From: Phaeosaccion multiseriatum
Lineage: Eukaryota > Protista > Ochrophyta, other classes
Direction of reading: 5' to 3'
Assembly: GCA_965112735.1 (NCBI GenBank)
Contig: OZ218964.1
Coordinates: forward strand, 806,001 to 870,000
Length of the DNA: 64,000 nucleotides
The stretch's first letter is position 1; the number at the start of each line of letters is the position of its first letter. Both the position numbers and the translations under genes were made by a program. Of this stretch, positions 1-11,205 are shown piece after piece. The notes beneath the pieces are model-generated. The model did no database searches. It had not been told where the DNA came from and saw only the letters and a program-made list of their open reading frames with translations.

Positions 1-627
1 TACCACCTTGATAAGGAGCTGCAGCCCATGCCGCTGGAGGGGTCGGCTCCCTTCCTCAGTGGCAAGTACCTTGGAGATCCTGAAGAGGTGCGAAGAGGAG
101 AAGGTGCACATGCAAACATATATGCGTGCGTGTAGAGTGGAGCAAAAGGGACAACGAAGCCAAACAGGCCAACTGGGATGAGGGGGGGGGGGAGGGGAGG
201 GAAGCGTTGTACGCATGGTCTACTCACATCGGTCGCCCCTGTCGAGCAGCCCGACTATTGTCTGGCGTTGTGTGTTGTTGTGGGATGTCTTATCTCCACC
301 TCAAAGGAGGCGGATGATCTGGCCCGACCTCACGCAGATTCGGAAACTTCAAACTTCCCTCCGCCACGTCTTCACACACACACACACTCTCTCTCTCTCT
401 CTCTCTTCTCTCACCCCTTCTCTCCCGTCCCGCTCCTCCCCTCCCAGATCTCCGCAATCATGAAGCGAGACCTTGCCAACGTGTATGATTTAAAGGTCAC
501 AGAGAACCTCGAGCTGGTGGCTGGCGAGCGCCACTTCGCAGCCAAGCTGGAGCAGCTTGCGCCCTGCGAGATCGATGAGGAGGACCTACGTGTGTGCAAG
601 TCCATGGACGTGGAGTTGGAGGTGTAA
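1..627 (+). CDS. 3' part of 2,3-BPG-dependent phosphoglycerate mutase (dPGM/PGAM-like); exons 1-87 and 448-627, 5' end outside window
   Basis: Spliced translation YHLDKELQPMPLEGSAPFLSGKYLGDPEE|ISAIMKRDLANVY... resembles the dPGM C-terminus (Y.LD..L.P...YLGD.E.I); GT at 88, CAG at 445-447, TAA at 625-627. Confidence 0.7.
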
Positions 628-1684
628 CAGTAGGTGATACAGCAGTTGGTGATACAGCAGCAGCGACATGTGAGAGGAGCCGCCTGGGGTAGCTTGCTGC
701 TGCTGCAGCAGCAGCAGCAGCAGCAGCGACGTGGATGAGGGGGGGGGGGAGCAGGGGGAAAGCAGCAGGTCTGGGAAGCTCTTGGTCTGTCGAGAGGGGG
801 GGCGGGGAGGAGGGCGTCTCCATCAGCATCAGCATGGTCAGTTTCATGACCAGCCTTTGACAAGGCCTTTCTTACTTACTTGGGACGGACGCGTTGGAGG
901 GCATCCCTCCCCTCGGCAGTCAGGCTGGCGCTCCTCCTATTGGATTGCGTGTTGTTAGCCCAGCAGGCCGGCATCAGCCAGTCAGGTAGTCAGTCCGGCA
1001 TCAGCCAGACCGTCAGTCGGCGCCAGACGGTCAGTCGGGTCCTCCTTCTTCGTTGGGTGCGTGCTTGAAGGGGCGCGAGGGAAAGTAGGAGAGGGAAGGG
1101 GGGGAAGGCCGCTCCGCACCTCTGCAGACCCACGCCCTTGAGGCGTGTGTGTACGTCGCTGCTGAGGCGCACTGAAGAAAAGGGCGAAGAGGCGGGGGAG
1201 GGGGGGGTGAGGCGGACCACCAATTACAACAGCAACGAACTAGGCGAGAGGGTGTTGGTTTTTGACAACATGCCCACGTCGATCGCAAATTTGACTTGTG
1301 TATATTCTCCTTGTGGGGTTCGGTGTGTACGATTTAGGTACAGTTCTAACAGCAATTTTAACTTTAAAATTAGAAATGAGACGCGAGACAGACTCATTAC
1401 TACGTGTCCTTGCCGTCCTCTCCACCCCTTCCCTCCCCTCCGCCCTCCCCTGAACCAAGAAGAAGAGAAAAAGCCCCACCCTCTCCTTAACTCCTTATAC
1501 TATCTACAAAGGTCCTCCGTTCGTTCGTTCCTTCCCACTGACCCTTCCACGCCGATAACGGCCCGTGCCGAGCAGAAGTAGGCAGCGGCGGCTGCTGGCA
1601 ATCTCGGCCGACCTACCTCCCGAGGAAGGGGGAAGGAAGGAAGGAAGGAAGGAACGCAGAGCTTTCAGCCCCCCCCCCTCTCTC

Positions 1685-4600
1685 TCACAGCGGGTACTCC
1701 GGATACTGCTGCTGTGTACTCCCTGGGGTGTTGTTGCTGTTAAACGACGTCCCCGCGCCCCCGGGAGTACTCTCCCCCCCGCCTCCCCCCCCGGCAGCCG
1801 TATTGCTGTTGAAAGGAGTAGTGTTGCTGTTGAAAGGAGCCGTATTGCTGTTGAAAGGAGTAGTGTTGCTGTTGAAAGGGAAGGCTGCAGTGTTGCTGCC
1901 GAACCGATCCCCGACCCCCCCTGTCCCGAAGAGGATCTTCTTGCTCATCTCTGGCACTGGCGTGGACAGGGCCTCCATCTCTCCTGCGAGGTCGGGGTCA
2001 AGGTGAAGGCCCGCAGGCTCCTTGTGCACCTGTGGGGAGGAGAGAAGAGGAGATGGGAGGGGATTGCAGTTTCAGGTTCAGGTTCAGTTTCAGTTGTCGA
2101 GGGTTAGGGTTGGATAGGTTAGGAGAGAGCAGCAGGGATCACGCCATCAGGAGATGGAGATGGAGATAGAGATAGATAGATATACATCGATACAAGTATC
2201 GACATCATCGACATCTCATGCCTAACTGCACCCACCTTGAGAATGGCCAGCAGGAGGGCTTGGAGGGCACTGCTCGCTACCGTTGCGCAAGTGAAGCACA
2301 CGGCGCTGCTGCTGCCCATCGCCACCCCCCCCGAGCCTCCTCCTCCGCCTCCTCCTCCCCGCCCCCTGCCTCCTCCTTCTCCTCCTCCTCCTCCCCCCCC
2401 CCCCTGCTCGCAGATGGCGAGCGTCTCATGCCCCAAGAACCCCGAGCGCAGCTCCACCTGTATCGCAACGGGGAAAGCACAAACAAAGCAAGTACGTACG
2501 GGTGTGCATGTGTGTGTGGTGAGGGGTGAGATCTTGTTTTGTTTGGAACAGCCTTTCCATGTACATCAGGAAGAAGAGGGAAGGGGGAAGGATGGAAGGA
2601 AGGAAGGAAGAAAGCAAGGAGGGAAGGAAGAGAAGAGAAGGGCAGAAAAGTGCAGGGAAGCGAGAAAGCTACGGGCGGGCCAGACGGAGGACGGAGGACA
2701 GAACATGGATGTGCACCCTCAAGGGATAATGAATACAATGAGCGTCAACCCTTACCGTGGATACGTCGCTGAGCTGGATCACTGTGACGCTGCCTCCGAT
2801 ACCCAGCAGCCCCGGGGTGATGAGCACGATCCTCCAGTAAGTCAGGTACAAGTAGCCAGGCCGGTTCCGGCTTTTTTTCCACGGTAGGGAGGGGAGGCAG
2901 GCGGGGCAGGCGGGGCAGGCGGGGCAGGCACAAGCAGGGTGAGGATAAACAGAGCAGAGCAGGGGAGCGAGGCGCACACCTCAGTCCACATAGACCCACC
3001 ATTCTCAAAGACGGAAGGACAATGAGGCCGGGCAGAGGTCAGAGGTCACATCACGCCAACTCACTCCATTCCTCTCCCTCGTGAGGTGACTGAGGTGAGT
3101 GAGTCCGTCCCTTTCACAGACTGCCATCCCTCCCTCCCTGTCTCCATCTCTCCCTACCCCCCTACCCTCCCTCCCTTCCTCCATCCCTTTCTCCCTCCCT
3201 CCCTCCCTCCCTCCCCTCCCTCCCTCCCTCCCTCCCTCGCTCGCTCACCCACCTGATGATGGCACAGTAGAACAGCGGCGCCTCCACATCTGCATCCACC
3301 CCTCCCTGCCCCCTCACCCTGGCGTGAAACTTGTCCGCCATCTTGGTGCGGCGCAGGCTAAGTTGTTCGTTGCGGAGAGCCTGCAGGAGGGTGCGTTGGT
3401 ATACGTGGGAGAGAGCGATCCGCTCCATAACCTACGGTGGTGTGGTGGTGTGGTGGTGTGGTGGTGTGGTGGTGTGGTGGTGTGATGGTGTGGTGGTGTG
3501 GTGGTGTGATGGTGTGGTGGTGTGGTGGTGTGATGGTGTGGTGGTGTGGTGGTGTGATGGTGTGGTGGTGTGGTGGTGTGGTGGTGTGATGGTGTGGTGG
3601 TGTGGTGGTGTGATGGTGTGGTGGTGTGGTGGTGTGGTGGTGTGGTGGTGTGATGGTGTGGTGGTGTGGTGGTGTGATGGTGTGGTGGTGTGATGGTGTG
3701 GTGGTGTGGTGGTGTGATGGTGTGGTGGTGTGGTGGTGTGATGGTGTGGTGGTGTGGTGGTGTGATGGTGTGGTGGTGTGATGGTGTGGTGGTGTGGTGG
3801 TGTGGTGGTGTGGTGGATTGGGGCGCGAGGGGGTGTTACGGGGTGTGGGGGTATTGCGTATTACGTACGTAGTATGTATGGATGTGCGACACTTGACACT
3901 GGACCTTATAGATAGACAGAGACAAGAGACAGGAGATAGAGCCAGGGAGACAGGAAGATAGAGATGGAGACAGAGACGGAAACTCGACACGTACCTCGCT
4001 GTTCTTGCGGTGCATTTGGGTGGTCATCTCCGTGTCGCATAGGCCCGTGAAGCGGACCCACCTAGCCAAAGTCAGAGCCATCACACGATCGCCTGCAAGG
4101 GGGTAGAGAGAGAGAGAGAGAGGGAGGGAGGGGGGGAGGGAGGGAGGAGGGAGGGAGAGGGAGAGGGAGGGAGGAGGGAGGGAGAGGGAGAGAGGTAGAC
4201 AGGAATACCACGTAAAAAGAGGTAAAGGAGGCAGGGAGGGAGGGAGGGAAGGAGGGGGGGGGAGAGGAAGAGTGAGTGGAGGGGGGGTGCGTGTAACGTG
4301 TGGGTTGAACGTTAACGTGTGGGTTGCCCCAGGTGTGCTATGTGCTGCTTTTCCTCACTCGAGGGAGAGGGAGAAGGAGTGAACGAGGAGGACATAGACA
4401 TAGAACTGAGGACACCAACCAACCCCCACCTTTCCCCTTTCCCCTTCCCTTCCTTCCCTACCATACACGTACATTGATTCTTAAAGGGGAATGCTGCCAG
4501 CTCTGCTTCGTCCGCCGGGCTGAGACTGTGGTGGATGCTGAGCGGCGCGCTGTGATGTGACGGAAGGGGGAAGGGGATGGCAGTAGAGGACAGCCGACAC

Positions 4601-4943
4601 AACCCAACGGGGGGTGGGGGTGGGGAAGGAGGGGCAAGATGACCGAAGGTAGAGGGGTACAGCAGGAGGGGGGGGGGGGGTGGGGGGTGAGCTTGGGCGC
4701 TGCACGACAAACGAGGGAGAGAAGAGAGACTGACTGCGTGCAGGGCGGGGCAGACCGTGGGTGGAAGAGCCACAGCAAGGGATGGGAAGGCAGGGTTCTC
4801 GGGCAGACTTGCTGGGGAGGTCCAACAGCTGCCACACACACATACACACACACACACACTTACACACACATACACACACGCACACACGCACACACACACA
4901 CATACACACATGTACACATACACACATGCACACACACACACAT

Positions 4944-4989
<46 letters not shown>

Positions 4990-7900
4990 CATGGCGCCCG
5001 AGCCCACCGCGCCGGAGGAGGACATGATGCCCTCGTGTGGAGGGGGCATGAGGGTCTCGACAAGGTCGAACATAGGCTCGAGGAGCTTCGCCACGTGTCT
5101 GCATTGCCGCTCGGCGAGCAAGGCGTGCTCCTCCAGCGCCCCTCCGGCCTGGCGAAGACCCTTTACCATGTCCTCCTGAGGTAGGTAGTAAGTCAACGGG
5201 TGGGTGGGTGGGTGGATGGATGTGGGTGGACACGTATACAGTCAGATGGACATCCAATTGATTGCAGACAGTGATGTATGACATACGCGTGTGCGCCATC
5301 ATTGTAAAAAACACATATACAGGCGAGTGGTAAGTACGCTCACTTACCCGGCAGAGGCTCTCGAGCTGCCACAAGAAGTGAGAATCCAGACTTATGGTAT
5401 CCGTCACGGTATCCGGCCCGCCCGCCGCCCCCTCGTCTATATTCGCTTTCGTCTCTGCCATTTGTGACCCTGCTGCTGCTATATCACCAACCGCTGCTGT
5501 ATCACCAACTGCTGCTGCATCACCAACTGCTGCTGCATCACCAACTCCTGCTGCTGCTGCACCGGAGCCTCTCATGGGCAGGCTGAGAAGGGTCCCGAAG
5601 CTCACCTGCTCCCCCAACAAGTCTCTCTTCAGCGCCTCCTTGAAGGCAATCACGCCCCCCGGCGCAGATTTGCCCCCCCACCCCGCCTCGATGGCTGCCC
5701 CTGCAGACACATGGGGCGCCATGAGGAAGCGCACAAGCAGCACCCGGTGCTTGGAGGAGCGATTCACCACCAGCTGCATGTCCACATAGCCAATGTCCGC
5801 CCAGAAGGTGCCGCTACTGCCCCTGCTACCACTGCCACCGCCTGTGCCGCCGTGGCTCCGTCTCCGTCTCCTACTGTTGCTGCCATCTGTGACTCTATTG
5901 CCACTGCTGCTGCTGCTGCTGCTCTTACCCTCCTTGCCTGGCGTTCTCTTGTCACCATCGCCCCCCCCTTCCTCCCTAATACTACTACTGCCATTGGCGC
6001 TGCTGCCAATGGGTTTCCCTGCACTGACTTGCTCAGCCTCACCACCACCTGATGGTTCGCCGTCTCGCCCTGCCTCTGCTACAGCACTCACGCTGCTGTC
6101 ATCTCTCTCTCTGCTGTCACTCCCATGGCTGGTCGTAGAGCGACGCTGAGCCACACCAGCAGCACCAGCACCAGCACCAGCACCATTGTCACCCCACACC
6201 ATCCGGCTCAAGGCAGACCCCATGCTCGTAGAGGAGGAATCTTTCGAGTCCTTACCGCCTGAGAGACCTCCTCCTCTGCTCCACCGTCGATGCCCTTGCT
6301 GCTGCTGCTGCTTCCCGGGAATCTCTCCCCGTTCTGCTGCCCTTGCCGCTATCGCCGCTGCTGAGGAGTCGCTGCTGCCTCTCCTCCTCGCTGGCACGCT
6401 GAACAACACCTTTAGAGTGACCGAAAGGAGGGAGTGGCGGGAGAAGAAAGGGGGGGAAGTGCGAGGGGGGCTTAGGCAGTGCCACTGTGGCCCTCTTATT
6501 GTCCCGTGATAATAGGCCCGACCTTTTCGCAGCCCTGATACATGTGCTAAATTTGTGTCGACAGCCGTCATCTTCTGCCAAGGTGTACCTGCGGTCATCT
6601 GTCACTCTCTCTCTCTGTCTTCTCTCTCTCTCCCTCTCTGTGTCTTCTCTTTCTCCCTCTCTGTCTGCCTTTCCCTCACTCTCTCTTCTCTCTCTCTCCC
6701 TGCTCTCTTGTCTTTTCCCTGTGTCCCCGACAGTGAGTGCGACAAACATGCATACACATATACATTACATGCATGCATACGTACACACACACATACATAC
6801 ATACATACATACATACATACCTGCGCTCCTCGTTTCCTCCTGAGCTCCAGCCCCTGCCCCCTTGCCACTCTGGCGGCCGTGTCTGTAATCTTTGTGGCTG
6901 CCGTATCAGGCCTCACACACGCCTCCACCATGAGGAGAGTCACAGGCTCAGCACTCTGACCGCCCCCTGCTCCTCCCTTGCCCCTATCTCCAGCCACAAC
7001 CGGGATGATGCCGTGGTAGCACTGATGTAGCTCGGCCTGGGAGAGTCTAGCCTTGATGGTGAAGTGGTCAATGGTGGATGGGTCACTGCCGTCCGTATGG
7101 GACGGGCGAGGTTCCTCCTCGTTGGGGTGGTTCTTTTCCAGCGAGAACTCTTGGAAATTCGGGGGGTGAGACTGTTCTCTGTGCAACTGCAAGACCTCGC
7201 TAAGCGTGCTCTGAAGCTCTGGGTTGTGCTGACCACCGCAGCCGTTGCTGTGTGCAGACGTGGCCGCGGCAGTGAAGGCTGAGGACACAAGACGGCTGCT
7301 GCCGCTGCTACCGCTCTGCTCACCACCCTCCTCCTTCCCAAAAACTAGAGGGTCGGGGCCGTTGGAGCCTTCCCCACCCCCGCGCCCACGGGCTGCTCGA
7401 GCGGCGTCGTCGTCCGCAGAAACGCCGTGCCCACTGCTCTGGTATGGCGGCGTGACTCCCTCACCACCCTCCCCTCTCCACGCCGCGATAGCACGTTCGA
7501 AAGGCCTGCCCCCCATTCGTTTCCCGGCCAGTGGGTTGCCGAGGGACGCCCTCTCCATGGACTGGGCCATGGAGGCGATGCTCTGGGACAGTCGGTCTTC
7601 CTCCTCGGTCAAGCCGTCGTCATCGCACCACACGTCCTCTGCCATACCCAGTGGAGCTCCAGGTGAGAGAGAGGCCTCAGACAGGCGGCGCATCATTTTC
7701 GAAGCGACCTTCTTGACGCTCCTTCTGCTGTCATGCCTCGAGAGGGTGCCTCTGCGTGGAGAGAGAGATGCAAGGCGGCTACTGGTGGTGGTCTCCTCAA
7801 ATACCGACGAATATTCTGCCCGTCCTTCTCCCTCCCCACCATCTCCTCCTCCTCCTCCTCCTCCTCCTCCTCCTCCTCCTCCTCCTCCTCCTCCTCCTCC

Positions 7901-8350
7901 TCCTCCTCCTCCTCCTCCTCCTCCTCCTCCTCCTCCTCCTCCTCCTCCTCCTCCTCCTCCTCCTCCTCCTCCTCCTCCTCCTCCTCCTCCTCCTCCTCCT
8001 CCTCCTCCTCCTCCTCCTCCTCCTCCTCCTCCTCCTCCTCCTCCTCCTCCTCCTCCTCCTCCTCCTCCTCCTCCCTCACTGTCGCTCTCGCTGGTGGCGC
8101 TGCTACCGCTGCTCAGCACGCTAGAACAAGATGATAAGCCCCACTCTTGTCCCTCGCCACCACCACCAGCAGCATCTGGAGTCTGCCAATCCGAATCGTC
8201 GCGCAGCTCGCGTGTGAGCTCCTCCAAAGTCTGCGGGGGGGCGTTGGTCGTGTCAGGGCTCTGTCCAGGGTTTGATTCCAGGCTTTCGTCACGCCTCAGC
8301 CGCGAAGGCGGAGAGAGAGGAGGAGACTCCCTGCCTCTCTCCAAGGCCAT
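1685..8350 (-). CDS. Large multi-exon hypothetical protein, low-complexity N-terminus, C-terminal GRAM/PH-like domain
   Basis: Exons approx. 8350-6821, 6410-5348, 5177-4988, ~4500, 4095-3993, 3433-3252, 2885-2717, ~2458-2235, 2029-1685 bounded by GT/AG; segment FYCAIIR-PWKKSRNRPGYLYLTYWRIVLITPGLLG..VTVIQLSDVSTV has the GRAM-type G.LYLT..RIVF pattern. Confidence 0.6.
1798..1882 (-). repeat. Coding 21-bp tandem repeat (PFNSNT[T/A] x4)
   Basis: TTGCTGTTGAAAGGAG units at 21-bp spacing in the last exon of the GRAM-like gene. Confidence 0.85.
3436..3816. repeat. Intronic TG-rich minisatellite (GGTGTGGT / GGTGTGAT 8-mer array, ~380 bp)
   Basis: Directly visible tandem array. Confidence 0.95.
7843..8074. 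repeat. Perfect (CCT)n/(GGA)n microsatellite, ~77 units, inside an exon (poly-Gly on minus strand)
   Basis: Uninterrupted CCT run within ORF 6602..8371(-). Confidence 0.95.
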
Positions 8351-8572
8351 CGGTAGCACAGCTATCCCCACAAAGGGGAGAGAAAGATTAGGAAGGGGAC
8401 GCCGTATTCTCCGTAAGTCAAGGGTGAGGAATATAGGAAACGCTTTGTCGGCCCTCGCAAGAAGTTTCGAAGTTTCGTCGCCGCGATCATTGCCCTCACA
8501 ATTTTCAAGTTTCGAAAAACCAAGCTGACAAACAAGACAAGAAGGGAGGGGACTGTGTTAGAGGAACAAACT

Positions 8573-9747
8573 ATGGTGCGCTTTAGTGTTTTTGGGGTAC
8601 TCGCAGCCGTGGAGCTCGTAAATGGTTTCCATTTTACCCCGCCCCGCTACCCTCTGAACCGTGCTAGGGCGCCCTCGTTCCTCTCTCCCTCTTCCCGAGG
8701 CTGTCTAGGGCAGCAGCAGCAGCCCACGAGGGCCCTACGAGCTTTGGATGAGAAGCACCTGGTGGAGCACTTAGAGAAGGTAAGCCGAGGCGCTTCACGA
8801 AACTTCTTGTTGTGCTTGAAGTCAGAGAAAGTCCCCGCCTTTTTGGACGGTAGAGGAGGAGGTAAAAGAGGGGAAGAGAGAGAGCACAACCACCCACCTA
8901 CGTCCCATTGGAGCTCTGGGGTGCCAAGAAGCGCCAAGCAACGTATGTTACTAAACATGGGTCCCACCCCAACTTCGTTCATGCATCAGAGCTCTGTGGG
9001 CCAAGCATTCCTCAGCGCGATTCCCACCCCCATTTCTTTGTGCGACACAGGACATGTTGGCTGATCTCGCCGTGTTGGCCAAGAAGTTTAGTAATATGGT
9101 GCATGAGCTGATTCCCACCCCCATTTCTTTGTGCGACACAGGACATGTTGGCTGATCTCGCCGTGTTGGCCAAGAAGTTTAGTAATATGGTGCATGAGCT
9201 GAAGGACATTAGCGACCTCCACGTGACTCATGTCGACGGCCAATCAATGTCTTTGGCGGTTGTATATTGTGACGGGCGCGAAGGAGGGTCCTGCGTGGCC
9301 CTCGACGTTCCCATCACCTTCCCACGCTACTGTGACACGGAGGAGCAAGTCGACGAGGTGCTGCACGAGCTGGAGGAGCTTGACGAGGAGACACTTATGG
9401 GCATGGGACTCATCAAGAGCGGCAACCTGCCCCCCAAACCCAAGCTCTCCGAAGAGTTCCTCGGCACGCTTGTCAACGTCTCTGAGATTCTGAATGAGAG
9501 CTTCACAGAGGACTTGGAGAAGATGGCCCGCGCCTTTGGGGGGCCCCACCAGGTACCCAGCGATGCCCAAATCGAGAGCTGTAGGCTGGACGGGCTCAAC
9601 CCGGAGGGGTTCACCCTCGTTGTTCGGCTCAGCGAACTACAACCTCCAGTGGAGGTGCCCATCAGATTCAGTAGAGACTGCAGCAGTGCACACGACTTGC
9701 AGGAGCAGATTTTGGGGCTATCCGCGGCGGCTTCAATGGACCGATAG
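8573..9747 (+). CDS. Plastid-targeted protein with two DUF2470/HugZ-N (GluTR-binding-protein-like) domains; exons 8573-8779, 9142-9747
   Basis: Signal peptide MVRFSVFGVLAAVELVNG-F plus S/R-rich transit; two repeats of 'LxHLxxDMLADL/LNESFTEDL...VTHVDGQSMSL/LDGLNPEGFTL...VPITF/VPIRF' typical of DUF2470. Confidence 0.6.
9019..9202 (+). repeat. Perfect 91-bp tandem duplication spanning a 3' splice site and the start of exon 2
   Basis: GATTCCCACCCCCATTTCTTTGTGCGACACAG|GACATG...CATGAGCTGA at 9019 and 9110. Confidence 0.95.
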
Positions 9748-11205
9748 CCAACCTTACCTTCGGGCCTTGTATGTATTATATACAGTACAGAGACAGAAAT
9801 GGAGGCGGGCGAACCCTTGTACATAAACCATGCCGTTGAGCGAAGCGTCTCTTGCGCCCAGAGCAGGACAGGGCTTATCAAGTCCCGTCCGACAGGCGCA
9901 GTGGGCCTTCCTATTGCATCACCTCCAGGGTTGGGCTTGCGTTTTCCCTCTTCAGACCACGATCAAGCTGGCTCGACAGGCTATTTTGTTCGTGGTCAGC
10001 CAGGGGGGAAATACAAGCTCCTGCTGCAGAGGTGGTGGAATAGCAAGGCGTTTCGCCACATTTGATACAGTATCTACGGGAGAATCGTGAGCTGCTGCTG
10101 CTGCTGCTTGGGGGCAGGGGCCGAGAGCCGAGCAGTAACCACTCGCGAAGTGGCGAGAAGTCACAACGGCACCGACAGCAGGAGGGGCTGGTGCGCGCGC
10201 GTTGCTCCAATTGCGTCAGCCGAGTGTGACGTCAGGGCTTGGCTTCTTTTCTGTTGTTTTCGTGCTCCTGGCTGCTCACTTGCGCGCTGGAGCAATAGAG
10301 GCACAAAAGACTATTGCATTCATTTAATGGTCACGCTTCCTGTCAAGCTAATGTCCTGTCAAGCTAATGCCGTGATGGACAAGTGATCCTTGTTGACGAT
10401 GACTACCAACGCCTCCCTCTTCTTCGCTAGTTGAACCACCGAACCGCACCTTGTTCCCCCAGGCGGGGGGGGCGCAGTTTGGCGGCTGACGTGTCGCAAA
10501 AGTGGATGGCGGCGGTGGACGTCCATCTTTCAAGCCGTGGTGGGTCTGGACTGCTCCTTGCGGCGCTTGTGGGAGGAGTTGACATGATACATAGAACAAT
10601 ACACAGCACATTTCCGCTCATGTCTACAGTGTAGTCATTTGAAACAAGCGGGTCTCTCTGCTGCTGGGCTCAAAGCTCGCCAACAAGCTCTTCCTTTCTT
10701 CCTCCCCGAAGTTTCGGAGCCTGACGCTGTGCTTCGTCCTTGGCCAGACTGAGCCGGAACAACTCCCACCCGCTCCCATCGCTTTCTTTGCCTCACATGT
10801 CGTCTCTGTCCCACCACACCACTCCTTAGCTCTTTAGACGTACTGCTTGAAGACACACGCACAAAGCGCTTCCCTCCCCTGGGCACGAAGGGTTGCATTC
10901 ATTGCCAAGTCATCCCCGGCGCCCCATCAACCGTAAGAGTGGCGTGCGCAAGCAGTAAAGGCCAGGTTGGTGTTACAGCCCATATGCCCTTGTCCGTGCG
11001 AAGTGCGGACCGGCACCGAGGTGGTTTGTTCGCACTCTGTCTGCTTGTGCCCTTGGATCACCGGCCCGAGATTGTTTCGACCATGTCCTGTCCGTTCGTT
11101 CGTGCCTTGAACAGCGATATACGCACCAGCGACAGCCTTACTTGCCTGCAAGGCTGCCTGCCGGGCTGCCTACCGCCTGCTCGAAATGATCAAAGCTCAG
11201 CTCGT

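Noticed and set aside
2101-2123. GGGTTAGGGTT..GGTTAGG telomere-like words
   Set aside because: Only one or two units, within an intron; too short to call an interstitial telomere
3436-3816. TG-rich array resembling yeast TG1-3 telomere; His/Thr-rich and Trp/Cys-rich ORFs over it
   Set aside because: Lies inside a GT-AG intron as a regular 8-mer minisatellite; the ORFs are translations of the repeat
7245-8528. Long antisense ORFs (also 24031-25224, 33794-34531, 62660-63719)
   Set aside because: Shadows of GC-rich low-complexity coding sequence on the opposite strand
9750-11200. Several short ORFs between the DUF2470-like and Rdx-like genes; possible SECIS
   Set aside because: No recognisable domains or consistent splicing; the Rdx-like gene has no in-frame UGA, so a SECIS is not required and none was evident
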